NCBI RefSeq assembly: GCF_006345805.1
Contig: NW_021836557.1
Location: 1-23,888, forward strand
DNA length: 23,888 nt
DNA from: Octopus sinensis
Lineage: Eukaryota
Direction of reading: 5' to 3'
In this document: one piece after another, positions 1 to 10,876 of the stretch
Numbering within the stretch: position 1 is the first letter of the stretch
Layout: each line of letters starts with the position of its first letter
The notes under the pieces: generated by a model
The model's input: the letters and a program-made list of their open reading frames with translations, nothing else
Told to the model about the DNA's origin: nothing
Database searches by the model: none
Position numbers and translations under genes: made by a program

Positions 1-122
1 TTCTCTCGCTCTTTCCTCTTGCAGCTCACCTGCGTCCCGTCCAGGTGGGGAACCTATACGCCAAGAAAACTGTGAAACCGGCCCTATAAGCCAGGCGTGG
101 CTCGAGAAGTAACAAACAACAA
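1..122 (+). mobile_element. 3' part of a SINE, probably head-A type, with tail 1 (5' end lies outside the window)
   Basis: Begins TTCTCTCGCTCTTTCCTCT, matching the TTTCTCTCACTCTTTCTT end of the head-A body seen near 3552 and 22627. Continues GCGTCCCGTCCAGGTGGGG...AGCCAGGCGTGGCTCGAGAAG and ends in AACAAACAACAA. A second fragment of this tail end (AGCCAGGCGTTGCTCGAGAAG) lies at ~274-294. Confidence 0.6.
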
Positions 123-777
123 TATGTATATGTATGTATATATGTATACAGACATACGCACGCTCGCACATACACACACACACACACATATATACATACA
201 CACTCACAAATATATACATATGCGTGTCTTTGCGATGAGTTTCGTGGCGTGAGCGATAGAAATACAACTTATGAGCCAGGCGTTGCTCGAGAAGGAAACT
301 TTGCGGCATATGTTGTTTTACAAATCATAAATACCGATACTGCATGTTGTAAGAATACTTGAATTTTATTTACTCTTGTCCTTAACACGAGTTAGAATCT
401 TTCGTCCTTAATAAACAAATATTCTCAATTTCACTTTCTCTTTAGCTAAAGCTACATGCAACGACAACTAAACACACTTTTTTCTTCGGAAATTCACTTT
501 ATATGCGTGGTTTCACTTTCTTTTCAATTAACTCACACACTTCAGAACTCTCTTGAAATTACATAAGCTTTTCTATTAATGTCTTTTGAAAGAGAAAAAA
601 AAAATATGTTGCTGTGCGTATAAAGGTTCTTTTTAAAATGCAAGCTTGTCTAAATGCAGGGTCCCTTTCAGCTCTTCTTTTTTTCTTTTTTTTTCCTTAT
701 CCGTTATGCTTGGTCAAATAATAATTGTTGAAGCTTGTACTTTATATAAAGCGTAACCGAATCTTTAACAAATAAGA

Positions 778-900
778 CACACACACACACACAAAACATA
801 CACACATGCACTCGCAAACACGTATCCATGCACGCACACACACGTAAGCACACATACACACCAACTTCACTCATACTGTACGCACACATACACACACACA

Positions 901-931
<31 letters not shown>

Positions 932-953
932 CCACACACACACACACAGAGAC
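778..953. repeat. (CA)n-rich microsatellite
   Basis: Interrupted CA dinucleotide run seen directly; it explains ORF 704..955. Confidence 0.95.
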
Positions 954-1550
954 ACTTCCCATAGAGAAAAAAATTAATTTACTACTGTTCATTATTCACT
1001 GAACAGAGGACTTTGGCCGGCAGCTCTTTGTTACTTTCATACACTTTATAATATTGATTTAATATATTTAATAAAAATAGGCAAATGAACCATAAATGAT
1101 GCTAGCATTCAAAATTATTGCATTTAATTTGTAATGACGAGACCGACAACTAAATATAGAGAAAACTTAAATTCACATTGGCTATTCACCACGAATAACG
1201 TTTTACCTAATAAAACGGAATGAACAAACGGTGAGATATTTTGGCGGTGAAATGGTGGCAAACAATTGCTAAATGTTTATTGGTTGTAATAGAGGTAAGT
1301 GATAACTACGTCATTAATTCATGTGTTTCTACGCATGATGAAAATCAGATGACAAGCATTGCAGCTAATTCCTAATTAAAACACCCAATGTTTTATGAGT
1401 TATTGAAAGGAGACTATATTTTTAATGATGGGTTTTATTTATAAGATTTAAACCATGTTTTTCGTACGTTTCTAGAGGGCTTCCTGAGGAAAGGTATTTC
1501 AACGCCAAAAGGTACGAAATTTCATAAGTGGCCGGCAGATTTCCAATCTC

Positions 1551-1709
1551 TGTGGTAAGAAGCTTGCTTTCCAACCACATGGTTCCGGGTTTAGTCCCAC
1601 TGCATGGCACCCTGGACAAATGTCTTCTACTATTGCTTGGGCCGACCAAAGCCTTGTGAGTGAATTTGGGAGTTTGGGAGAAGAAAACTGATATATAGAT
1701 ATATATGTA

Positions 1710-1769
<60 letters not shown>

Positions 1770-1778
1770 TAGATATAT

Positions 1779-1819
<41 letters not shown>

Positions 1820-1886
1820 CACACTTGACCTTTGGGACAGGGATAACATATATATATATATTACCTATTATATACATATATATATA

Positions 1887-1984
<98 letters not shown>

Positions 1985-2240
1985 GTCTGTACATATATAC
2001 ATGTACATATTCTTATGTGTGTTTTTATGTCTGTATTTGTCTCCCCACCATCGCTTGACAACCGTTATTTGGGTGTGTTTACGTCCGCCGTAACGTATCC
2101 GTTCGGCAAAAGAAACCGATGGAATAAGTACAAGGCTTACAAAGAATAAGTCCTGGCGTCGATTTCTTCGACTAAAAAAAACCCTTTAAGGCAGTGCTCC
2201 AGAATGGCCGCAGACAAATGACTGAAAAAAGCAAAAGAAG
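1551..2240 (+). mobile_element. tRNA-derived SINE type D (CORE-like) with a large internal microsatellite
   Basis: Head has B-box-like GGGTTTAGTCCC and CORE-like GCACCCTGGACAAATGTCTTCTACT...AAAGCCTTGTGAGTGAATTTG (1551-1690). Internal SSR at ~1691-2020. The tail (CATCGCTTGACAACCG...AAGGCAGTGCTCCAGAATGGCCGCAG...TGACTGAAA) aligns with 4981-5205. Confidence 0.75.
1691..1980. repeat. Compound microsatellite (TC)n-(TA)n-(TAGA)n-(TA)n
   Basis: Seen directly. Confidence 0.95.
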
Positions 2241-2927
2241 TAATCGCTTCCCGGTTGCCTCATTGCATTTATGATTGTCCCGATATTCACTATTGTTGCA
2301 TCTAATGTTAATCCGCTCATTTTGCTATCCTTATTATAATTGCCGTTGTTTAAATATAGAAAGATCTTGCTCAAGCAAACCTACGAACAAAGGAGCTCAA
2401 CTGTAATAATTCTGGCTTTTTTTCAAAGGTAATCTAAGACTACTTTACCAACTGTTTACTCCCATCTTTTAAGATTAAAGGATGAGGTTTAATTAAGAAG
2501 TAATTGTTATTCCCTGCCCCAATAGGTCAAGTGTATTGTTCTACAACTGATGTTGCTGTAATTCTGATACTGGTTGCTTAGCCCAAGTCAGCTTTCATTG
2601 CGAAGAACTATGATGAAACGCTTTGTATCCCAGCTAACATTATATAATCAGTCGCTCTTATTTTTTGAGACTACTATGTAATTTGAGATAGATTTAGCTG
2701 TTATTTCTAGTAGAGCAAGCCACTGTTTAGAGGTACTCCACTGTTACTGTGGATACTCCTGTTGTTGTTTGTGCCGTTGCTTTCAGTAAAATAATAATCT
2801 AGAAGCAATCTATGAATTTATGTTTACACTTTGTCAGCGACAAATATGACAGCCATTTCCTGCAAAACCTGTTAAATGTTCCGAAAATAAACACAGTCAC
2901 AGCAACAGCAACAAAATCAGAAATATC

Positions 2928-2958
<31 letters not shown>

Positions 2959-3417
2959 AGTTCAAAAACATCGGCCATTATCAAAGCATCACAACGCCAA
3001 CAATAGCGACAAAATCACTTCCAATAACAAAACAGACGGGGCAATTACGCGGTCATTGAACCTGTTCAAAATAGCAGCCAACTCTCCTTTAAAGATCTCA
3101 AAGTTTCGTGTTAAACAGGAGGCACATATTACGTAGAGTAGTCCTAAATATATTGTTTGTAAAAAAAAAAAATTAAAAAAACAGGAACAAAGAAATGAGT
3201 CATAGTTGCAATGTCGTTGAATATGGGCCAGCTGATCATGACTGGCCAGGGGTTAAACAACAACAACACCATTTATGACAATAATAATGACAACAACAAT
3301 AATTCTTGTGTTATTTCCATTTTAATTAAAATACTAATCACTGTAACCATTACAACAGCAACAACGACAGTAGCAATAACAATACAAGCTCTTAGTATTA
3401 TTACAACAGCAGCTACA

Positions 3418-3942
3418 ATGGAGGTGCAATGGCCCAGTGGTTTCGATTCCCAGACCGGGCATTGTGAGTGTTTATTGAGCAAAAACACCTAAGCTCCACG
3501 ATGCTCCGGCGGGGGTGGTATGGTGAACTCCGCTGTACTCTTTCACCACAACTTTCTCTCACTCTTTCTTCCTATTTCTGCCACAAAGCAGAAGAACCAT
3601 CGTGTAACCGAATTTGGTGTGGTAAACTTTCAGGTCCTAGTCTAGATTGCGAATCCTCTGTACCCCAGGATGGTTCAGCTCTCCACTCGTTAAAAGACAC
3701 CGTTTACGGAATGAGGATAACAACATAGCTTTCGCGCCCGTGCAACCGCCAGTCTATCGCGCGTGGTTGGGGGATTTTCAAGTTGCCACACACATTCTTA
3801 GTAGCTTAGAGTAGGCTCGAATTAGAGATTATTCTTTGTGGCTAATGGCGTGGGTCCTGATTGGAAGAAGAAGAAGAAGAAGAAGAAGAAGAAGAAGAAG
3901 AAGAAGAAGAAGAAGAAGAAGAAGAAGAAGAAGAAAAAGAAG
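3418..3942 (+). mobile_element. SINE head A (internal deletion in the tRNA part) with tail 4 ending in (GAA)n
   Basis: ATGGAGGTGCAATGGCCCAGTGG joins directly to TTTCGATTCCCAGACCGGGC, then the head-A body to TTTCTG (~3580). About 280 bp of unique tail and (GAA)n at 3864-3942 follow. Candidate TSD ACAGCAGCTACA (3406-3417) / ACAGTAGCTATA (3943-3954), 10/12 match. Confidence 0.7.
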
Positions 3943-4341
3943 ACAGTAGCTATATCAACACCGGCAGCAAAGACTTACGAAAAATAATCTAAGTGATGAT
4001 GATGATGAGCACGATGATGATGATGGTTACAGTGGGGATTACCATTGTAATACGGAGCGACTGCGCTAAGCAGTGATGCGTGCAAATACAAACTTGTTTC
4101 CCGCTCAAATATGCTTCAAGATTATTCGAACTCGTAAGGGAGCCATTCGCTGCATTTTGTTATGTAGAAAATATCTTGCGGTAGACAAACGGTTGTAAAT
4201 ACATAGCAGCGCCTATATAACAAGACTATGGAATGCAAGCATTTCGGAGTGGTTATCTCCTCTTCAGTGACAGAGACCGATGAGGCAGACGCTGCTAACA
4301 AACATGAGAAACAGGCTTCTCTTATGATATCCCCCCATTGT

Positions 4342-4698
4342 AAAATTTAGGGGCATTTCAACTGTCTTTACGCTTTGAGTTCAAATTTTGCTAAGGTGGA
4401 CTTTGTCTTTCACACACTCGGTGTCGATAAAATTCTGAGCCCCACTTCAGTCACGACACAGACCATAGGATTGCACCTAGAAAGTTACCCTCCCAGGCAC
4501 AAGTTCAGTTGTTTATGGAAGACCAGCAGTCACCCATGCATACCGGTCTCCCCTCTCCACGCCACCAATGTCATCCAAGGGAAAGGCAAAGCCGATTCAG
4601 CTTAGCACAAAATAATAACCAATTAAATACTTGGGTCGATGAAGTCGACATCCCGTTTCCTTCAAATGCTGTTGGCCCTGTGTCAAAATTTGAAACTA
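4342..4698 (+). mobile_element. Degenerate SINE type B interrupted by an antisense tail-C fragment
   Basis: TGAGTTCAAATTTTGCTAAGGTGGACTTTGTCTTTCAC...GTCGATAAAA (4376-4431) resumes after ~4608 as ...TACTTGGGTCGATGAAGTCGAC...GGCCCTGTGTCAAAATTTGAAAC. Aligns with the intact B copy at 10494-10726 and the minus copies at 6681 and 16830. Confidence 0.6.
4445..4608 (-). mobile_element. SINE tail C fragment
   Basis: GACCATAGGATTGCACCTAGAAAGTTACCC...GGGAAAGGCAAAG...CAGCTTAGCAC aligns with 11721-11858. Confidence 0.75.
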
Positions 4699-4706
4699 TA
4701 GTTATT

Positions 4707-4837
4707 ATGCTTAGCGTTATTTTGTCTGCCTTTACGTTCTGAGTTCAAATTTCTCCAAAGTTGATTTTGCACTTCATCCTTTTGGTGTCGATAAATTAAG
4801 CACCAGCTGAACTCTGGGGTCCATGTGAATGACACCC
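4707..4837 (+). mobile_element. SINE type B fragment
   Basis: TTACGTTCTGAGTTCAAATTT...TTCATCCTTTTGGTGTCGATAAATTAAGCACCAG aligns with ~10557-10650. Confidence 0.75.
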
Positions 4838-4911
4838 TACTCACATAGCTTTGGGATGGGGTGTCAATCACATGGACCCCAGAGTTCAGCTGGTGCATAA
4901 CTTATCGACAC
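4785..4911. repeat. 53-bp inverted repeat with 21-bp spacer (fold-back)
   Basis: Arm 4785-4837 versus reverse complement of 4859-4911: 50/53 identical by manual alignment. Confidence 0.95.
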
Positions 4912-4980
4912 ACACACACATATATATATGTGTGTGTGTGTGTTTGTATGTGTGTGAGTGTGTGTGTGTGTATGTTTGCG

Positions 4981-5205
4981 TGTCTGTGTTTGTCCCCACC
5001 AACATCGCTTGACAACCGATGCTGGCGTGTTTCCATCACCGTAACTTAGCTGTTCGGCAAAAAGAGACCGATAGAATAAGTACTAGGCTTACAAAGAATG
5101 AGTCCTCAAGTCGATTTGCTCGATTTGCTCGACTAAAGGCGTTGCTTCAGCATGGCCACAGTCACATGACTGAAACAAGTAAAATGAATAAAAGAGTAAA
5201 AAGAG
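4981..5205 (+). mobile_element. SINE type D 3' half, preceded by (CA)(TA)(TG) microsatellite
   Basis: Aligns with 2028-2240 and ends in short AAAAGAGT repeats. Confidence 0.8.
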
Positions 5206-5460
5206 TATTATAATTACAATTCTATTAAACCCAGGCTTTGTTGGAATTCCTGGATCCTTGCCTGATTAGCAGGTATTTTACCTGCAGCCCAGCGGGCCAT
5301 GCTACTTATTTGTTCTCCGCAAGTATTTAGTACTTTCCTGATGATTTTGGCCGTACCTATGAGGCAAACTTCTTGTAACAGCTCTACTGGGCACTTTGTT
5401 CCCATTTCCTTTAGATTTCTGTCAATACCTTGTGATGCTGTCTCCAAGACCACACAACAA
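5205..5460 (-). mobile_element. 3' fragment of an RLE-type non-LTR retrotransposon (R4/Dong-like)
   Basis: Minus-strand peptide VLETASQGIDRNLKEMGTKCPVELLQEVCLIGTAKIIRKVLNT resembles the R4/Dong ORF C-terminus (GALG..KGL..NL..LG......LQK..LLGTA.ILRKVL). It is followed by a UTR-like stretch ending TAATTAATAAT. Confidence 0.7.
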
Positions 5461-5507
5461 TAATTGGCAATAACTTCACGTTTTACTCAGTCAAAGGTGA
5501 AGATCCT

Positions 5508-5592
5508 CACCATCATCATCATCACCATCATCATCGTCGTCTTCGTCATCGTCGTCATCATCATCAACATCATCATCATCACCATCATCATC

Positions 5593-5651
<59 letters not shown>

Positions 5652-5719
5652 TATCGTCATCAACATCATCATCATCATCATCATTATCATCATTATCATC
5701 ATCGTCATCGTCATCATCG

Positions 5720-5768
<49 letters not shown>

Positions 5769-5886
5769 TATCATCATCGTCATCGTCATTGTCGTCGTCA
5801 TCATCATCCATCATCATCATCATCATCGTCATCATCATCATCATCATCATCATCGTCATCATCATCGTCATCATCATCATCGTCAT
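5508..5886. repeat. (CAT)n microsatellite with CGT variants
   Basis: Seen directly; source of the poly-I/M/D/H ORFs. Confidence 0.97.
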
Positions 5887-6010
5887 TAGAATTATGAAGA
5901 CGCTGGTGCTTCTGTTGTTGCTGCTGATGTAGTGGTTGTGATGATGGAAGTGGCGTTGGTGATGGTAGAGATCCTGGAAATAGTGATGACGAAGCTGGTG
6001 GCGAAGGTTT

Positions 6011-6638
6011 CTTTATTTTTTTTCTTTTGCTCCTTGTTTGTTTCCTCGTAATTAAAATGTGTTGCATAAAATATTGAACATTTTAGCGAGTCACGTAGCT
6101 GTTTCTTCATTTACTAAATATTCCACTGATTTTAAAACCTTATTAAACCTTACACATACACATACATTTATATCTGTATATATGTATGCAGAGAGAGAGA
6201 GAGGGAGAGAGACAGAGAGAGAAAGAAAGAGAGAGAAAGAGAAAGAGAAAAGAGAGTGAGTGAGTGTGAGAGAACAGAAAGAAAGAGTGGGAGAAGTAAA
6301 CTAAAAAGCGGAAGGCCAAATGGAGAACATTGAACTTGCTCAGATTTTCAACCTTTTTCCATAAATTTTAGTCACTGTTTATTCTCCGCTGCAACGCTGT
6401 CATGGCCGCAGGGCACACCTGAACACACCTGAACACACCGTTAATTCTGGGCTGTACGTCCCATTTATCCCTACCCTTCCATCTTCAGCTGCTTACCCTA
6501 CCTCACCTTTTTTTTTTCTTTCGTTGCTTGTTTGTTTCCTAGCAATTAAAATGTGTTGCATAAAATATTGAACCTTTTAACGAGCCCCGTAGCTGTTTCT
6601 TCATTTACTAAATAATCCACTGACTTAAAAACCTTATT
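6011..6638 (+). repeat. ~135-bp direct repeat pair (6011-6144 and 6507-6638)
   Basis: Shared TTGTTTGTTTCCT..AATTAAAATGTGTTGCATAAAATATTGAAC...GTAGCTGTTTCTTCATTTACTAAATA.TCCACTGA...AAAACCTTATTA; roughly 85-90% identical by eye. Confidence 0.9.
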
Positions 6639-6680
6639 ATTAAGGTTTCATGCATAATCTAAGAACATAATCCGTTTTCC

Positions 6681-6795
6681 TTTAGGCACAAGGTTTGACA
6701 TTTTGGATGAAGGAGCCAGTCGATTACATTAACCCCCAGTGGTCAACTGATCTATATTTTATTGACCCTGAAAAATCATGAAAGTCAAAGTCGAT
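6681..6795 (-). mobile_element. Degenerate SINE type B fragment
   Basis: Reverse complement reads TCGACTTTGACTTTCATGATTTTTCAGGGTCAATAAAAATATAGATCAGTTGACCACTGGGGGTTAATGTAATCGACT, matching the B core. Confidence 0.7.
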
Positions 6796-7009
6796 ATAAT
6801 GCCCCTCCTCTGCTCTAAGCTCGACTTGCTGACCCCGTCACCAACAATATGCTTGTTTGCACCTGCTCTGTATGTTCTGTATAACTCTACTATTTTTCAC
6901 ATCCTTACCTACCAACTACCACCATTACCATCACCTTCGTACACACCACTGCCACTGTCGCCAATAGCATAACCAGCAATGCCACGTGTAGCATCACCAC
7001 TATCACACT

Positions 7010-8238
7010 GTCACCACCACTACCACCACCACCACCACCACCACTACCAACACGAACACCACTACCACCACCACCACTACCACCACACCACTACCACCAC
7101 ACCAACAACAACAACAACAACTCAACCACCATTACCGTCGCTGCCACCACCACCACCACAACCACCACCACAACCACAACCACCACCACCATCACCACCA
7201 CCACCACCAACAACAACAACAACTCAACCACCATTACCGTCGCTGCCACCACCACCACCACCAACACTACACTCATCCCCACCATCCCCATCAACACCAC
7301 CAACAACTCAAAGACCAACACCATCATCACCACTACCATAACTATGATCACTACCAATAACAACAGCATAACCACCGTTACCACTTCAAACTTCACCATC
7401 ACCACCACCACAACTACTATCAGCACCAGTACCGCTACCACCAGCACCAGTACCATCACCAGCACCACAACCACCACCAACAATAACAGCACTACCAACA
7501 ACTTCACCACCACCACCAGTACCACAACCACCACCACCAACAATAACAACATTACCAACAACAACGCCAGCACCAACACCACAACCACCACCACCATCGC
7601 CGCCACCGCTACGACCACCGACACTACCACCACCACCACCACCACCATCACCACCACCATCACTGACACCACCAACACCACCCCACCACCAACAACAACA
7701 CTAACACTACCATCACGAGCACCTCAACAACCACCAATAACACCACCACCACTACCACCACCGCCAACAACAACATTACCAACAACAGCCCCAGCACCAG
7801 CACCACAACCGCCACCACCATCGCATCACCGCCACCACCTACGACACCATCACCACCTACGACACCATCACCACCACCACCAACAACAACAACAGCAACA
7901 ACAACAACACTACCACCAACACCATCACCACCACCACCAACAACAACAGCATAACCACCACCACCACCATCACCACCACCGCCACTACTACCAACACCAT
8001 CACCACCACCACCAACAACAAAAACAGCATCACCACCACCACCACCACCACCATCACCACCACCACCATCACCACCACCGCCACTACCACCAACACCATC
8101 ACCACCACCACCATCACCAACAACAACAACAGCATCACCACCACCACCACCACCACCACCACCACCACAATCTTCTACGCCAACACCAACAACAATCACT
8201 CCGCCACTCCGCCACTCCGCCACTCCGCCACTCCGCCA
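7010..8238. repeat. Compound (CAC)/(CAA)/(CAT) trinucleotide low-complexity array ending in (CACTCCGC)x5
   Basis: Seen directly. Internal duplicated block CAACTCAACCACCATTACCGTCGCTGCCACC at ~7117 and ~7220. The 8-mer tandem is at 8197-8236. Confidence 0.95.
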
Positions 8239-8664
8239 TTAAAAACCATCGTTGCATTATTTAGGTCGGTTTTGCTCCACTTCAAGAACCGAGCCAGTGT
8301 AAAATCTCTCTCTCTAGCTTTTCTGCTCTTCAAGTTTACAACCAAACGCTACATTTTAATTGCTTAATTGATATAATTAATCTGTCATATATATATATAT
8401 ATATATATATATAAATCTGACAGATTTCGTGTGGCAAACAATCAAAAGAAACTGATTTCCCTCTTTTACCACTCCACGATACACTTAATCCGACCTACTA
8501 ATTATCGCTAAAGGCATGTCATTATCCATTTATAATCTCCAATTTCTTCGTCTTAATCTTCATTGTAGATAAGTGTCTGGATGAGATTTGTGTATATGCA
8601 TAAAGCCCGGGATTAAGTGTTGCTTCAGGTGTATATATAAACTGCTGGGATTTCAGTTAGCTGC

Positions 8665-8785
8665 AGTTGTTGTTGTTTTTGTTTTTGTTTTTGTTGTCAT
8701 AGTAGTAGTAGTAGTTGTAGTAGTACTAGTAGTAGTAATAGTAGTAGTAGTAGTAGTAGATGCAGTAGTAGTGATGGTGGTGGTC
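8665..8785. repeat. (GTT)/(GTA)n microsatellite
   Basis: Seen directly. Confidence 0.9.
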
Positions 8786-8909
8786 GTGTTTCGTTGATGC
8801 TAATGTATTTAAGTTGTGTGTGGCGGTGATTGGTGGTCGTTTACAGGTTGGCTATAGTCAAGTCTTTCCTTTAAAACAGAATACAAAACACTCTCAATAG
8901 TAATGAGCA

Positions 8910-9172
8910 TGATAATGATAAGAACAACAACAACAACAACAACAACAACAATAATAACAACAACAACAATAATAATAACAATATTAATAATAATAATAAT
9001 GGCGATAACTATAACGACTTCGACGATGATGATGATGATGAAGATGATGAGATGATGATAAATATAATAATAATATAATAATAATATAATAATAATAATA
9101 ATAATAATGATATAATAATATATAAGTAATAATAATAACAACAACATAATAATAATAATATTAATAATAATA

Positions 9173-9248
<76 letters not shown>

Positions 9249-9329
9249 AATGAGGATGATGATTAAATGATGGAAATGATGATGACGACGACGATGATGG
9301 TGATAATATTAAAAATAATAATAGTAATA

Positions 9330-9404
<75 letters not shown>

Positions 9405-9545
9405 TATAATAATAATAATATAATAATATAATAATAAAATAATAATAATAATAAAATAATAATAATAATAATTGATGATAATAATAATAATAGTAGTAAT
9501 AATAATAATAACAACAACAATAATAATATAATATTAATAATAATA

Positions 9546-9610
<65 letters not shown>

Positions 9611-9721
9611 ATGATAATGAGGATGATGATTATAATGATGGAAATGATGATGACGACGACGATGATGGTGAATATTTAAAATAATAATAGTAATAAATAA
9701 TAATAATATAATAATATAATA

Positions 9722-9765
<44 letters not shown>

Positions 9766-9840
9766 TATAATAATAAAATAATAATATAATAATAATATAA
9801 AAATAATAATACTATAAAAATAATAATTAATAAAATGATG

Positions 9841-9903
<63 letters not shown>

Positions 9904-9955
9904 TTATAATAATAATGATAATGATAATAATGATAATAATATTAATAATAATAAA
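8910..9955. repeat. Compound (CAA)/(TAA)/(GAT) microsatellite with a higher-order ~370-bp duplication
   Basis: The marker ATGATGGAAATGATGATGACGACGACGATGATGGTGA occurs at ~9267 and ~9635. Confidence 0.95.
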
Positions 9956-10320
9956 ATGAGGTTCTTATAACAAGTAGACAAAAATGAAATGAGGAAAATA
10001 TATGACATGATAAAAGCGAAAAAGACCTCATTAGTCTCATAGGTACACCTGACTTCAATTATGAGCAAAACAGGCAGCTGTTGCAGGCAGCGTAAAAGTA
10101 GGTGAACTAAAAGCTTCTACTAAAAGTAATACTGTAACAACTACTACACAGGAGATAGGTTCAGGGCCTCTGTTTCAGCTGCACGTCGTCCGGTATGTTC
10201 TACTTACAAGGAATGTATTAATTACATTAATTTGTATGTTTGAACCTACTCAACTATCACCCTTCATTCTGCTCTCTCTCTATCTTTCCATCTCTCCATA
10301 TGTTTATACCTATATACATA

Positions 10321-10850
10321 CGTGGTGCATTCCAGAAGCTTTGAGGCCTTTTGCAAGAGAGGCAGTTGTAATTATAACTGTCCTAGACTATTCTAATTAT
10401 AATTCTAATATACACTTACTATACATTTAATAAGCGGACCTGCCACGTTTTGTTACTCCTGATGGGAGGAGACGGCTGTAATAGCACTATGAAGGCGGCG
10501 AGTTGGGAGAAACGTTAGCACGCCGGGCGAAATGCGCAGCCGTATTTCGTCTGCCGTTACGTTCTGAGTTCAAATTCCGTCGAGGTCGACTTTGCCTTTC
10601 ATCCTTACGGGGTCGATAAATTAAGTACCAGTTACGCACTGGGGTCGATGTAATCGACTTAATCCGTTTGTCTGTCCTTGTTTGTCCCCTCTGTGTTTAG
10701 CCCCTTGTGGGTAGTAAAGAAATATATAATAGCACTATGAACACTAGGTTGCAGGTTGCAGTCGGCACGGAAAGACAATTTAGAAGATCATTATGTTAAA
10801 AAAGTTTACGTCAAACTGGACAAAAATGCAATAGAATCTTAACTAAATGC
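10321..10850 (+). mobile_element. Old 5' fragment of a mariner DNA transposon, interrupted by SINE B
   Basis: TA|CGTGGTGCATTC resembles a mariner terminus. 10756-10842 translates LQSARKDNLEDHYVKKVYVKLDKNAIES*, resembling the mariner transposase N-terminus (..LEqRYaIKfcvKLGKnAtEty.ml). No right TIR found. Confidence 0.55.
10494..10726 (+). mobile_element. Full-length tRNA-head SINE type B with a perfect 15-bp TSD
   Basis: TSD TAATAGCACTATGAA at 10479-10493 and 10727-10741. B-box-like GAGTTCAAATTCC. Central GTCGACTTTGCCTTTCATCCTTACGGGGTCGATAAATTAAGTACCAG motif. Confidence 0.92.
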
Positions 10851-10876
10851 GGCGAGCTGGCAGAATCGTTAGCACG
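10849..10876 (+). mobile_element. SINE type B 5' stub
   Basis: GCGGCGAGCTGGCAGAATCGTTAGCACG matches 10495-10522, then switches abruptly to the antisense SINE E. Confidence 0.7.

Noticed and set aside
2365-3255. Possible very old repeat fragments (e.g. 2690-2712 versus reverse complement of 3060-3083)
   Set aside because: Similarity is too short and degenerate to set boundaries without a library search.
5464-6110. Poly-I/M/D/H ORFs
   Set aside because: Translations of (CAT)n.
8197-8238. CRISPR-like or telomere-like array
   Set aside because: A simple 8-mer tandem without spacers, in a eukaryotic context, and not TTAGGG.
7344-8264. 306-aa Thr/Pro/His/Gln-rich ORF (mucin-like or His-rich protein?)
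   Set aside because: CAC/CAA/CAT repeats are stop-free in most frames on both strands. The amino-acid blocks change with triplet phase slips, and there is no signal peptide, domain or splice support.
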